A stretch of DNA of 64,000 bases from Octopus vulgaris (taxonomy: Eukaryota). The notes below the pieces were generated by a model. It was not told the DNA's origin. It worked only from the letters and a program-made list of their open reading frames with translations, and did no database searches. The stretch lies in assembly GCA_951406725.2 (NCBI GenBank), contig OX597823.1, positions 45,880,001 through 45,944,000 of the forward strand, written 5' to 3'. Every line of letters begins with the position of its first letter. Within the stretch, counting starts at the first letter, position 1. Shown here one piece after another: positions 1 through 12,959 of the stretch. The translations under genes were made by a program, and so were the position numbers.

Positions 1-796
1 TTTAAGTTAACACGAATGTTTTCACTACTTTAAAAGGAAAATATTCATGAAGTTTAGATAACGAGAAAAATATTGTAAATATGTCATTTCCCTGTGTGTC
101 GATCATAGGTCCTCTCGCTCATTGCTAACCTTAAGTTAAGAGCACCAACAACAAAATTTGTTTGATGTAGATATATGAAACTGTGAGTGCTGGAGAGAAA
201 ATCCAGTCATATTTTATGATAAAACCTGCGTTAAATCAATACTTAAACAGTCTTTGATTATCCTGATACGTAATCTTTTTTCTGTCTCAGGCTAGGATTA
301 CGCTATCTTTTCATAACAGAAAGAGGGAAACTAATCTCGGAGAGGGAAACTGCTCGCCATTTTACAGAAATATTAGCAAGTATGACACTTAAATTAATTC
401 AAAGGGATCGAACAGAGAGCGAAACTAGTTTGCATATTGCATTATTATCTAATAATCTCCACACATTCTACTAAGTCCATACGACAAAATTCACGTACAC
501 GCGCACACACACGTACAATGTCATGTGTGTGTGTGTGTGTGTGTGTGTGCGCGTGTGTGTATGCGTGCGCGCGCGAGCGTGCGTTTGAGTGATTGTGTGT
601 TTGTGTATTATGTAAAATAAGTTACAAGCATTTAAAGGCCTTGGTTTAAATGAGGAGTGAAATACCTTCTACTAAATATTTATTCGTGTGCAGGTTACAG
701 TTGATTTCATGTAAGAAGTAGAACATTAAAGAGCATGTGGTTATCTTAATTAATCATTCCCCTTTGAGTTACGAATGAATTATTCAAGATGGTCAC

Positions 797-1130
797 TTGA
801 TGAAATGTCATGAGATGAGAATGTGGAAAAACGCATTGGACTGTGAATCACTGGACGCCAAATATACGAATCCCATATATACCATTCGCAGTCCGAAAAG
901 AAAAATTCGTTCTTATATTAGAAAAGAAAACGGAAAGCTTGCTCATGTGTTTAAAGATTGGTCTTTTCAAAAGAAAAATGGTAAAATATGAGACGGGATA
1001 AGTTTATTTCAAAGAAATGGAAAATATTGATTAGTCAGTATTTCAGCTGGTGTTCATCTTCAGAATATGGGTGAATTAAAGACAAGGAGAAGCCGGAAAA
1101 GAAATGTAAGGAAGACGAAAATGACCATGT
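797..1130 (+). mobile_element. Heavily decayed RTE-like LINE C-terminal fragment
   Basis: Translation CHEMRMWKNAL...KYTN...IRKENGKLAHVFK...KTRRSRKR loosely follows the RTE ORF C-terminus (FEMwcwRrml..W....tN...irkr...gHv.R...rGRPr). Multiple frameshifts. Confidence 0.35.
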
Positions 1131-1154
1131 AAAGCTTGTCTACATGTACTAGTC

Positions 1155-1213
<59 letters not shown>

Positions 1214-1229
1214 AGAGAGAGAGTGTGTG

Positions 1230-1615
1230 TAAGAAAGAGAGGAAAGATACTAAGATCGTTCAAGACAAGAGACCAAGGAGTTATGTTGACTCTGTGGAGG
1301 GACTTTGTTCTCAGCCACCTGGACTACTGCTCTCATGCTCCTAGCTATGGTCACCACATAGTGCCAAACTAACAGTAGAGCTTGAAGAGGTCCAATCCCA
1401 CTACACTAAAAAGATTGTAACATTGCAGCAGATGAGATGCATGGAGAGGCTGATACACTAGAATAATCTACATAAGGAAAATTCTGAAAGGGCTAGTACC
1501 TAATTTCGGCATTTAGTGTTATACAAATGCCAGACCTATCCACTCCATCTAAATTCAGGACCAGATACTTAGGGTTCGAAGGTCCACAGCTCATCTATAC
1601 TCTGCTACAAATATT
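1230..1615 (+). mobile_element. CR1/L2-type LINE fragment, post-RT region
   Basis: ILRSFKTRDQGVMLTLWRDFVLSHLDYCS, then after a frameshift WSPHSAKLTVELEEVQSHYTKKI. This matches the CR1/L2 pattern L.LYkslVrshLeYcs..WsP...lE.VQr..Tk.I. Confidence 0.65.
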
Positions 1616-1663
1616 AAAAAAAAAACAACCCTACACAATGTGGACGTATTTTTCTATCCTTCC

Positions 1664-2475
1664 TTAATGTGGACATATTTTTCTATCCTTCCTTAATACC
1701 GGTTCCCATATGCTATTCCTATCTGCACTCGGTCTGCTTAGGTTGGTGTGAACTAGCATATGTGCTGCTTCTTTTAGTTTTCGTATTGTCCAGTGGTGTT
1801 CTCTGTCTATTATTTTAACTTCATCCCACAGGGGCAGGTGGTCTCCATTTTTCCATACATGATCAGCTATACCTGATTTATCAATATCTCCTTGTGTCAC
1901 AGCTTTGCGATGTTTGTTTACCCTTATTTTGAGGAGGCAGCATATTTCATCTTTGTATAACCTACCACAGCTGCATAGGATGGAGTACACACAGTTTTTG
2001 GTCATATTCTCTTCTATTGGTGGTTTTACTTGAAGGAGATATTTGTGAAGTGTTGTATTACTCTTGAATACTGTCCTGATGTCATATGGGCCGCATATCT
2101 TTTGTATCTTTTCAGAGAGGCTTTTCACATAGGGTAGACAGACTGTGGACAGTTTATTGGCCTCATCCTCTCTCTTCTTCAAAATGGAGTGGATAGTATA
2201 CTTTTGAGGTAGTTGTTGCTTAACAGATTGTTATTGAGCTTGATCATTTCTTCATGGTGTGTATTACGATCACTACTTATATTCTTTGCACAATGTTTTA
2301 GGCACTGAGAAATCCCTCTCTTTACACCGTATGGATGGTGGGAATTGAAGTTGAGATATCATCCAGTAAAGGTCGGCTTGCGGTATATGGATGTCCTGAA
2401 TCCATACTTGGTCCGTGTTATCAATACATCCAGGAATGCCAGCTGATTGTTCTTTTCCTTTTCAATCTTCATTAC
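1664..2475 (-). mobile_element. Penelope-like element (Penelope/Poseidon-type): RT C-terminus plus GIY-YIG endonuclease, pseudogenised
   Basis: Minus strand gives NQLAFLDVLITRTKYGFRTSIYRKPTFTG*YLNFNSHHP (PLE RT thumb). ORF 1664-2182 contains CLPYVKSLSEKI..CVYSILCSCGRLYKDE..RVNKHRK..SGIADHVW..KLKEAAHM, the PLE GIY-YIG domain. Confidence 0.88.
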
Positions 2476-2974
2476 CCTATCACATACTCTTGACTACCTC
2501 AATTACCTTATCTACTCCATTTCTGCTAACAGTATACCTACTCCACCCACTCCATCCTTCTTGCCGACCCAGAAGAATTTGAATCTCTGTCTCTTATCCG
2601 TGAGGAATCTAGCTGAGGCTCCCCTCCATCTTACTTGTTGCACACTACACACATCAACATGGCATCACTCCAGTATTTCCTCACTCCCCACTCTTTCCTT
2701 TCATTGTGCCAATATTGATGCTAATGGCCCTGAGATTGAGTACTTGGGAGTAGTGGCATCAAGGTAGTTGTGGAAATTTTGTCATCACCTGAAATGAAGA
2801 TCTACAGAAATATTTGCCAGCTAGCATAGAGCTTTGATACATAGTTTATTCAGTGAATCCCAGTTTCCCCCATCTCGTCCAACATCTAGAGTAACAGCCA
2901 ACAAGTGGGTATGAGAATAGGGTAGTTACTAGCTCTGCAGATGAGACAAAAGTCTTTCAGAGGATACAGAACCC

Positions 2975-3930
2975 TGGAGGCATTGTGCATCTTAGCTTAG
3001 TCGACTTAATCGACTTAACCCCTCTTCCGAAAGTGCTGGCCTTGCACCAAAATTTGAAATCATTATAACGAAGCATAAAGCAAACATTAAAGTGTGTGTG
3101 TGTGTGTGTGTGTGAGTGTGTGTGTGTATGTGTATTTGTGGAAACAGAGTGATCACGGTACATTAGTTAGCTCATGAACTTTCAAAAATAATAGCAGTAA
3201 AGCTACGTGATATTTTGGTTCCTTATGTTACTATGGTTTCTAATGCATAACGTTATATTTTATGTGTTAGTAAGATAGCGAAGATAGATTCAAAGCGCAG
3301 CATTAGCAAGTCCTTTTGATATAAAAAAAAACAAGAAAAAAATGAAGAAAACAAGTGATCATAAACATTGAGAGTCTTATAAATAAATAAAAAACCTCTC
3401 TTTTGAGAAATTTGAGCCTTTAGGATTCAGTCTTGTTCAAAATTAATGCTTACCAAATCTTGATGAGTGGATTTGTCTTGGTGGGTGAAATAAAATATAA
3501 TAGTGAACACCTTGGCTTAAAATATTGGTTTCAAATTTTAGCACAAGGCCAGTAATTTCGGGGGAGGGGGAAGTCGAACGCAACAACCCCAATGCTCGAC
3601 CCTGGAAGGCAACGTTGATCCTGGCAGCATTTGAACCTCAGAACACAAATACAGATGAAATGTTGCTAAGAAATACGACCGGCGTGCTAACGATTCTGCC
3701 AGCTCGCCGCCCTAACTAAGATTAAATATCGCTTTCGAATTTTTGTATAAGGGGGAGGGGCTAAGTCGATAAAACCGACGTTAGTGGTCAACTGATACTT
3801 ATTTTATCGACCCCGGAAGAAAAAAGTCGATCCTGGCGTTATTTGAAACTTGCAATAAGAAAACAGATGTAATGAGGCAAAGAACTATATCTGGCTTGCA
3901 AATGATTCTGTCAGCTCGACGTCTTACCTG
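2975..3930 (-). mobile_element. Cluster of decayed family-B tRNA-derived SINE fragments (approx. 2975-3065, 3525-3715, 3735-3925)
   Basis: Reverse-complement similarity to the intact copy at 53940-54517 (gcacaaggccagc, aagtcga, tttgaactcagaac, gtgctaacgattctgccagctcgccgcc). Confidence 0.6.
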
Positions 3931-4794
3931 AAAATATTGATTTGGATATAATACTATTGGCGTAGTCACTGACTTCCCTTCGTGAGGAGATAAACAACAA
4001 CAATGACAACAAAAACTACTACTAGGAATACCTGTAAGCACACATATATGTTAGACTGTTAATATGTTATACAGTCTCATACCGTAAAGTTTGTTCTCTA
4101 TTCAAATATAAATTTTATTTTAGATAATCATAAGGGAAATACATCTCCTTTCTTATATGAATATAAATTAGATTCTAAACGAAATATATAAACATAAATG
4201 ATTACTAAACTGAAAGAGAAAAGAGCAGAATACTCGATACAAGTCAGTAGGTGTGTAAGAACAGTCCAAGTCTGGATATTCAATGTTACGTTAAAAGTAT
4301 GTAACATTGACTGTTCAAATCTATGATATTACACACGCACATTCACATTGATACTTACTCAGAAGGATAGATTGACACATCCACGCACATATCAACAAAC
4401 ATACGCACGTACATACATGTTTGTGTTTGCATGTATACATACATACGCATATATAGCTGTGGTGGATCTCCGTTGTTCGAAAATATGGGTTCAGTTGTTT
4501 TGTTAACTGGATTACGGGCTCCTGCTTTAACATTTTTCTCACTATTTTTGGATATTTGTAATCTTAGAGTAATTTTCAGATAGAGTAAACGTGATACTGT
4601 GTGTGCTAGGGCTGTACTTTTGAATAACATGTAGAATGTGCCTGACAGTTTTTGATACAATTTTCATGTACCCAATTTTACTCTTAAACGATGGAAAATA
4701 ACATTTGTCCCAGATGCCTCACAGTGGGATCGATCCCGAAAGTTCGCAGTGTCAAACTTCCTTACTCCCCGGCTGTGCTGTATCTTACTCGACT

Positions 4795-5152
4795 CCGTCG
4801 GTCACGAATGATCATGGGTGTACCTAAGAGGTTCCTCTCCGCAGTACAAATCTGGGCGGAAAGTCATCTCACCGGTGAACACACAACCTAGGTTTTTTTT
4901 TTTTTTTATAGAAGACCAACAGTTGCCAGGCATACCAGCCTCCCCACTCTACGCCACCGATGTTATCCAAGGCAAAGGCCGATACAGCTTGGCATCAGTG
5001 ACGTCGCCACTCATTTCTACAGCTGAGTGAACTGGAGCAATGTGAAATAAAGTGTCTTGCTCAAGAAAACAACACGCAGCCCGATCCGGGAATCGAACTC
5101 ACAACCTCACGATCGCAAGCTCGACACTCTAACCACTGAGCCATGGCCTTCA
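4795..5152 (-). mobile_element. tRNA-derived CORE-like SINE (family C)
   Basis: Minus strand: A box TGGCTCAGTGGTTAGAG, B box GAGTTCGATTCCCG, CORE-like block TTCTTGAGCAAGACACTTTATTTCACATTGCTCCAGTTCACTCAGCTGTAGAAATGAGT, and a tail ending CATGATCATTCGTGACCGA. Confidence 0.75.
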
Positions 5153-5464
5153 CAATGTCTTAAAGACACAAATAAAGTGGATACACTGATATCAAACCAA
5201 TATCACACTATCGTCTTTAGTTTAAGGAGACTGAGTGACGGAGTCTTCTCTTAAGATATTTTCATGCATTTAACTTCGTACACGATTTCATTTCCACTGA
5301 AATAATGTGATTAGTTTTAAATATTCAATCAACAAACTACATGAAAATTTACACAAAGCTATTTTCACAGCGCCTGGTTGGCGTACTATTCTCTACTACC
5401 GAATATACATAAATCGGTTTTAGTAACAGTATTACAATGAGAACCGCCTTAAAATATCAGGTAC

Positions 5465-5780
<316 letters not shown>

Positions 5781-6430
5781 ATACACATATATAGAAATGC
5801 AAATATAGATGCACACCCTGTTTCATCGAACTTACTCGCACATACGCACACACGCATGCACGCACGCATACACACATGCATAGCCGTCACTTATACATAA
5901 ATCCTAAGCATTTAGCACTGATAATTAATGAACAGTCTGCATATCCTACATTTTCTTCTCGCCTGGAACTATTACTAGCTTTGAGGACACTGGCGGCCAT
6001 AAACACAACTTTTATAAATCTATAAAAACAAAATCAATTTCAGATAACCTATTGACTGTTTTTCAAATAGTCCATTACCTGATGTAAACATTGAAGATCA
6101 ACAGGAAATATACATAAGATTATTATTATTATCAGAAACTAAAATGCTCATGTTAGAAGAAAGTGTCCAAATATAAAAGTTCTTACAAGATGCGGTAGCA
6201 TCCTTGCTAAAGTTGTGATATCATTCGTTAACCGAAGATATATCGTTAAGGATAAGTCATACAGGAAAATTAATGCCTATCAGAGAGAGAGAGCTTTCCT
6301 TTGAAAGCAAAATAATTTAGCATACTGCTTGTCTAAAACCTCACCTTGTGTTCCGTTAAAGAATACATTTGCTAAGCACCGATTATATAAACCATATCCA
6401 CAGTTATAACCACGAATATTTTAAGCTATG

Positions 6431-6431
<1 letters not shown>

Positions 6432-6525
<94 letters not shown>

Positions 6526-6526
6526 A
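6432..6526. repeat. (TA)n microsatellite
   Basis: Directly visible. Confidence 0.97.
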
Positions 6527-7299
6527 AGTATTTTCAGCTTTATCAACTATGGATAATAGTGTATTGTTTTTGTGTTGTCTTGTAAAAGTTCCTGGGGAAA
6601 TTGTTCAGCAAACCATCTTCGACTCAAGTGCTTGTTCAGCCTCTTCTATTGATTAGGCAGATCCTTTGTTTCTAGCAGTAGATTAAGTGACTCGATTCCT
6701 CACATTGGTTACGGGAGATAAATGTATATTTACTATTTGCTTCCATATGAAATTTATAATAGCTTATTTATAAATCGAAATGATTATGATATACTGAGAT
6801 TCTATATACTTAGAAGTCGTATTGAACACTCCCCAATTAAGTACCGAAACAATGGATATTTATGTCTCTCCGATGCACGTGATACATTATTTTTACTGGT
6901 TTGGCTTCTACCAATCACCGTAGATAGTCGTTTGTCTACTAAGTGTTCCTTTACATTTTATCATTACTTAATACATGATTCGTGTAAACTGGCATCAGAA
7001 AATAGAGGATTTGTTTGGTAAAATCTGCATAACAAATAATTATGCTCAATTATTTACAACAAATGACCACGAGACTCCCTCTTGGATATATTTTCCACTG
7101 CTATCTATTTTATGAAGAGTGCCAGCTCTCTGCTAGTTTTTCTGATTCTAACAGCGTCTGGCCACTGATCTTTATGCCAACTTTTATTTTGTTTAAATTT
7201 ATTTTTGCTTATTTTCTTTTCTTAATATAATGTTTAATTTATAGGAAAAATGTATTCATTACGCTTGTCAAATGATAATCAGCAATGAAATGAGGTCAC

Positions 7300-7725
7300 A
7301 GACACAGCATCAACAACAAGCACATTAACAAGAAGATCAATAATAAGAGTAAAAAAAAGAAAAAAAAAACTACAAATAGAGAGCACCATTTCAACCCCAA
7401 AGACATTAAACAACAAAGTCTGCAACAATCATAACAACAACTGCAACCTCAAAAATCCGCAACAACAGCACATCAAAAAGGCCATATAATATTATTAAAC
7501 GGTTTCAGCAGCATAAAGAGTGGCAAGAACAATACCTGGATGTTAGTTCTAGTCTAGTGTTACGAATTCCCATCAGCGATGAGGACAATAGCAGCAACAC
7601 CAGCAACGCCACCAACACCACAGCACCTCGATTATTACTAATACAACCACAGATTCCACTCCCCCACTAAAGCCACTACCAACAAGAACTATAATATCAA
7701 CAACAACAGCAAAATAATAATAATG

Positions 7726-7768
<43 letters not shown>

Positions 7769-7779
7769 TGATGATGATG

Positions 7780-7830
<51 letters not shown>

Positions 7831-7980
7831 TAATAATAATAAAGATGATGATAATAATATAATAGTAATAATAATAATAATAACAACAACTTATGAAATG
7901 CTATCTGGCCATAAACTTCAATAAGCTGTTAACTGTGAAACAGCAGCAACAGCGACAATAGAAGCAACAATAACAGCAAA
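7300..7980. repeat. Decayed (AAC/AGC)n low-complexity region with an (AAT)n core at about 7713-7885
   Basis: Directly visible. Confidence 0.85.
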
Positions 7981-8499
7981 ATGTCGACTTCAGAACTGAA
8001 ATTTGATTAAAGAGAACAAGTTGTAGACGTAGGTACATCAGACCAATATTTAGTGGATATTCATTGACCCTGGTTGGGTGTGAACTCAGAAACTAAGTGA
8101 TTCAAACAAAATATTTCAGACATTTTCCATTCTCTTTAAGGTATTTTATGGAACGAGACTAAATATTGTCAAATATTTACTCCAGTTACTATCCACCAAT
8201 TCCACTGTACCCATAATAGCTATAAACAATGTACTGGACTTCAGTCATTACTTGGAGACAAAATCAATAAATACACCAATAGCGATAACAACATCAATTA
8301 TGCTGGACTTCGATCATGCCAAAGCAACAAGAAGACGAGCAATAAGAAGCGAACAATAAAAGAAATATCAACAAAGATAAGAAGGGAGAAGATGAAGATA
8401 TGCCTTGGCGATAGTCTATAGTCGCCGTCCCGATAACATTTCCCATTATAGATGGCTAAAAAAAAAAAAAAAAGAACTGTTGTGAAAGTGCAATTAGGG

Positions 8500-9140
8500 G
8501 AAGGCTGTTAGGTGTTATGGAGAGAGGGGCAGACTTTGGAGAAAGAGGAAGATAAAAATATTAAAAACAAAAGCAGTTACATAGAGATGAAACAGGACTT
8601 CATGCATAATTAAAAGTGAGATGAATTGACAACGATAGGAAGAGAGGAAAGAGAGAAAGTGTGAATAAGCGAGAGAGGGAGAGAAAGAAGTGGGGAAGAA
8701 ATAACGAATAAAGAAAAGCAAAGAATAGAAAAATGTTAGGAAGAGAGATTGTAAATGACAGAAGAAAAAGAGGAAATAGCGAGAAGTGGTAGTAGAAAGA
8801 AGAGAGAGATATAGAATAGAATTAAAAAGATGGGGAAGAGGGAATACAGCAAAAGCAGGAGAGGTAGAGAATTGAAACAGAAGCGTAAACGGCAAGCATT
8901 GAAAAAAGAGTAGGAGAAAGATGGGGGTGGAATAATAAGATTTACCCGGAAGAAAGAGCTGAGTAGGGAAAGAGGTAATGAAAAGAAAAACGGAGGGGAG
9001 AGAATGAGAGAAGAATAATGTTGACACAAGGACGAATCGGAGACAAAAGAACTACACCAGCAGACAGAGGGCGTAACTGGGGTGAATGGATAAATAGGTG
9101 AAAATGTGGGAAGCAGGAAGGAGGCACAATAAGAAGAGTA
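8500..9140. repeat. Purine-rich (GA-rich) low-complexity tract; a similar tract lies at about 9600-10130
   Basis: Strong strand purine skew. The minus-strand ORFs here are F/S/L-rich artefacts. Confidence 0.8.
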
Positions 9141-10161
9141 AGGATGGCTAAACGAGTGCATGTGTGAATGTATATGCATATAGACCAGACGGGTTGTGGT
9201 AGGTTATGTGTGTGTGTGTGCGTATATTCACGTGTAACCGTTTGCGTAGCCAGACATTTTAAGTTTGCATACGAAATTTGTAATTTATGTGTGAACACAT
9301 CCTAGACATGTGCACGTCTTACAGTTTGTTGTATGTGTGAGTGTATGTTATCGAGAATGTGCAAGTATCTGTACTAGAGCATGATGTCAAAATAACTGCA
9401 TTTGTTAATATGTGAGTGCGTGCGTGCGTGCATTTACAGGCAAATGTATGTCTGTGTGTGGGTGTTTGTACACAGGGAAATGGATGTGTGTATGCAGGTC
9501 AGAGTGTATGTATGTTTTACTTTTATGCAGTTATAAATAAAAGCACACACTCATGTGCACAAGAATGGGTGTGTGGTATTGAGGAGACATGTAAGGGGAA
9601 AATGGGACCAGAGAGTTAGGCAGAGAGGAAGTTACGAAAATATATAGAGTGATTAAAAGAATGACAAAAATGACTATAGAGAGGAAAAAGTGAGAGAGAA
9701 AGAACTTGATAAAGTTACGAGTATGAATGTTAAAAAGTGATGGTGAATTAATTGGAGGTATAGATAAAGAAAAGAAGAGAAAAATAGAAACTGAGAGATT
9801 TCGATAATGTGTGTGTGTGAGTGAGTGAGAGATAGAGAGAGGGGGGGAAGAGATAAAGTTAAAAGTTGACGTAATGAAAGTAGGAGTCGTGTAAGAGAAA
9901 GAGAAAACTAGTTAAAGACATACAGGGAGATCGTCTTGAGAAAAGACAGTGTAAGAAAAACGAAGTGGGAGATGAAGTGGAGAGCACCAGCCAGGAATCA
10001 CAGATACACACACACACACAAAAGTAAAGGAATAATGGAATGATGGAATAATGATGGTGGAGGAGTGTGCGAAAATGGTAAAAGGAATGTGAGGAATTAA
10101 AAATATTAAGACAAAGGAAGAGGAAATACATACAGACAATTCATGTACACACGCTCGCGCG

Positions 10162-10205
<44 letters not shown>

Positions 10206-10241
10206 CACATATATGTATGCATGCGTACATACATACATACA

Positions 10242-10315
<74 letters not shown>

Positions 10316-10520
10316 CATATATATGACACTTCCACCTTTTCCTCGTCCTCTTTTACCTTTCTTCTTCTTCTCTGGATCTTTCCTTCTCCTATGTTTCCGA
10401 CGAAGAGCTCCGCTCGAAACGTTAATCCCTCCTTCTTGCCTTCTTTCCTGAGCGTCCAATAATACTATATTTGTTCCACGTCCTGGCGTTGTTGTGTTTT
10501 TTTGTGTTTTCTTGTTTGGA

Positions 10521-10567
<47 letters not shown>

Positions 10568-10615
10568 ATATGCATATATATACATTTATATGTATGCATA
10601 TTCATACATATGTAC

Positions 10616-10689
<74 letters not shown>

Positions 10690-10703
10690 ATATGCATATG
10701 TAC

Positions 10704-10745
<42 letters not shown>
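10162..10745. repeat. (TA)n/(TG)n microsatellite field containing a ~200-bp insert
   Basis: Directly visible. Confidence 0.95.
10325..10522 (+). mobile_element. Solo Penelope-type pLTR fragment with a minimal hammerhead ribozyme motif (10397-10423)
   Basis: CCGACGA-A-GAGC-TCC-GCTC-GAAAC-GTT: hammerhead core (U4 changed to C), 4-bp stem II, palindromic AACGTT stem III. Flanked by (TA)n on both sides. Confidence 0.7.
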
Positions 10746-10751
10746 AATATA

Positions 10752-11917
10752 CAGGTTGCGGTGAATAAATTGTCGCCTAAATTACGCCAAAATGAAAATA
10801 ACACTAACATCTCATTTTAACAGATATATTTAACAAAATTACTAAAAAGTAACTTTATTCAATAAAATTGACATTGGTTTCGACCACGGCCTCCGGACGA
10901 CTTCAGACTCTCCTGCAACTCTTGTGGATGCTCTCATTGATTAAGTTGGTGAGTGGAGTGCTGCCATAATCCTTGCCGTCAGTTCATCTTTGATGTTACA
11001 AGGAGTTTTGTTGGTCTCTCGCTCAACTGCGTCCCACATATGATAATCAAGGGGGTTGCAGTTTGAGGAGTTAGGGGTGATGTGGCCGCATAAATTGTCT
11101 GACAGCCACGACTGAGTTCTCCTGCCTGCGTGGTATGGTTCATTGTCCTGTTGCCAGACGTAGGGTCTTCGAGCAGCCATCCTCTTCACCTAGGGTAGCA
11201 CTGCCCCCTTCAGGCACTTGATGTAGGCATCCGTATTGAGTCTGAGGTCCTGTGAGAAGATGAATGGAGGCATAAAGTCGCCATCGCTAGTGATCACCCC
11301 AAACACCATGATGTTGACAGGATGTCTGATTTTTATGTTTGGGGACACGGCAAGCCAACGGTTTTGAGTTTGTTCAAAGGCTTCGTAGCGCGGTCTTCCC
11401 TTTTATCATTGATGGCTTGGGATAAAAATTGGCCCTTGGTCATCTTTCATGTGGAATATCGAATGTCTTCATGCACTACCTGCCTGATAAGAAACTCTGA
11501 CTTCCCCATGTCCCTGGTGATGGACCTGATTGTCTTGGAGGGATCGTTGTTAATCATGGCCTGGATCTCACCAACAAATTCAGGAATTCTTTTCTTATCA
11601 GAACGATCAGAGCGAGTGTGCTGAGCCGCTGTACCTTCGTAATCACTATTTGACTCATCCAACTCATTCTGAATCTTTTGCACATTGACCCTTAAACACT
11701 CTGAAATGTTCGCATTTCAGAGTGTCGCGAATGCCAAGCAGTACAGCATCTCATTTCCAAATTTCTGGCAGAGTGAATTGAGTCATGGTGCTGTTTTTCT
11801 CACAGAATGTGCCCACCTGACCCTACTATACTGTGTAGTCGACAAAACGAAAAACAAACAATGCGCATGCACAAAATTAAAAGTATAAAATAGCGACATT
11901 TTACCCATCGCGTCCTG
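10752..11917 (-). mobile_element. Tc1/mariner transposon, maT (DD37D)-like, internally deleted
   Basis: Imperfect TIRs CAGGTTGCGGTGAATAAATTGTCGC and, reverse-complemented, CAGGACGCGATGGGTAAAATGTCGC. Transposase remnants HPVNIMVFGVITSDG, YVWQQDNEPYH, NSSNCNPLDYHMW, RSITRDMGKSEFLIRQVVHED. Confidence 0.85.
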
Positions 11918-12039
11918 CGTATACGATTCAGTGGACAAACGAAAGAAAGTGGCACTCAACAAATTTGTTAGAAGTTACATATATCAGTTAATAACAATTT
12001 GACTAGGCTAAGTCAAACTGTTATTAAATAATATATATA

Positions 12040-12530
12040 TATGTGACATCCTCATGTTTGTTCTTGTTCTTACTCTTATTCTTTTTCTACCCTTTTTAAA
12101 AAGACAAACACACTGTAGTTATTATTAACTGACTTTTATGTGTGTTAGCCTTCCCAATCACTTAGACCCTCTGAAGAAGCCTAGAGGCACATTCATTATC
12201 CAAGTCTTACCTGCTCATACCTACATAACACTGAAGAGAAGCAAGATTTCCTTGCCTCTTTGCAGAAACGGCCGTAAGGAACTAGCACCTTCTGACAATC
12301 TGCACATTTGCTCATATACTTATTCAATCACTTGCTCCTATAGGATTATATGCTTCCACACCCTTGTTCTTGCAATTACCAACTCTTCATATTTGATATT
12401 CTGTACTACTAATAAATGTATATGTATGCATCTAATACATTCCAATACATTGGAATAAATAGACATAATGGAATGTTCACCGGCTGATGTCTGTCCATTT
12501 TGTGTCCTCTCCACTTTCTTATTTGCCGTA
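12040..12530 (+). mobile_element. Solo Penelope-type pLTR/3' module with hammerhead motif (12168-12279)
   Basis: CCT-CTGAAGA-[AGCCTAGAGGCA...TGCCTCTTTGCA]-GAAAC-GGCC-GTA-AGG. Downstream AATAAA at about 12411; preceded by a short (TA)n. Confidence 0.65.
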
Positions 12531-12690
12531 TATATACGACCGGATTCCTTCACTTTCCGTCTACCCAATCCACTCAGAGGGCTTTGGTTGGCCTGAGGCT
12601 ATAGTAGAAGACACTTGACCAAGGTGCCACGCAGTGGGACTGAACCCGGGACCATGTGGTTTAGAAGCAAGCTTCTTACCACACAGACAT
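12530..12690 (-). mobile_element. Family-A SINE, 5' head
   Basis: Reverse complement of the tRNA-like head of 25609-26023. Confidence 0.8.
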
Positions 12691-12959
12691 GTATACCCTT
12701 GATAAAGCTGCAAAATTACCTCAAAATAGTTACTCAGAGTTTCACGTTCCCGTTCATCGGAAAGATATATATGTAGGCATGTATGTATGATTGTATGCAT
12801 ATATGTATGCGTGTGTATGTTTTTTTTCTCTTTTAGCTCAATAGCCACGTATGACATTAAAATATAAAATTTGCACAAAGAAGGTACGATACCCTATTTA
12901 CAAAGAAGAAAATATAAGTTCTTAGGAATAGAATGATGTAGTCCAAGATTGAGAATGCA

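Noticed and set aside
275-385. Acceptor and donor-like sites suggesting an exon
   Set aside because: No recognisable peptide, and such sites are common by chance.
2790-2965. Possible decayed hammerhead or pLTR beside the first PLE
   Set aside because: Only a partial stem (AGAGCT/AGCTCT); core motifs are not recoverable.
5080-5152. tRNA gene
   Set aside because: A and B boxes run directly into a SINE core, with no acceptor stem or poly-T terminator. The same holds for the other SINE heads.
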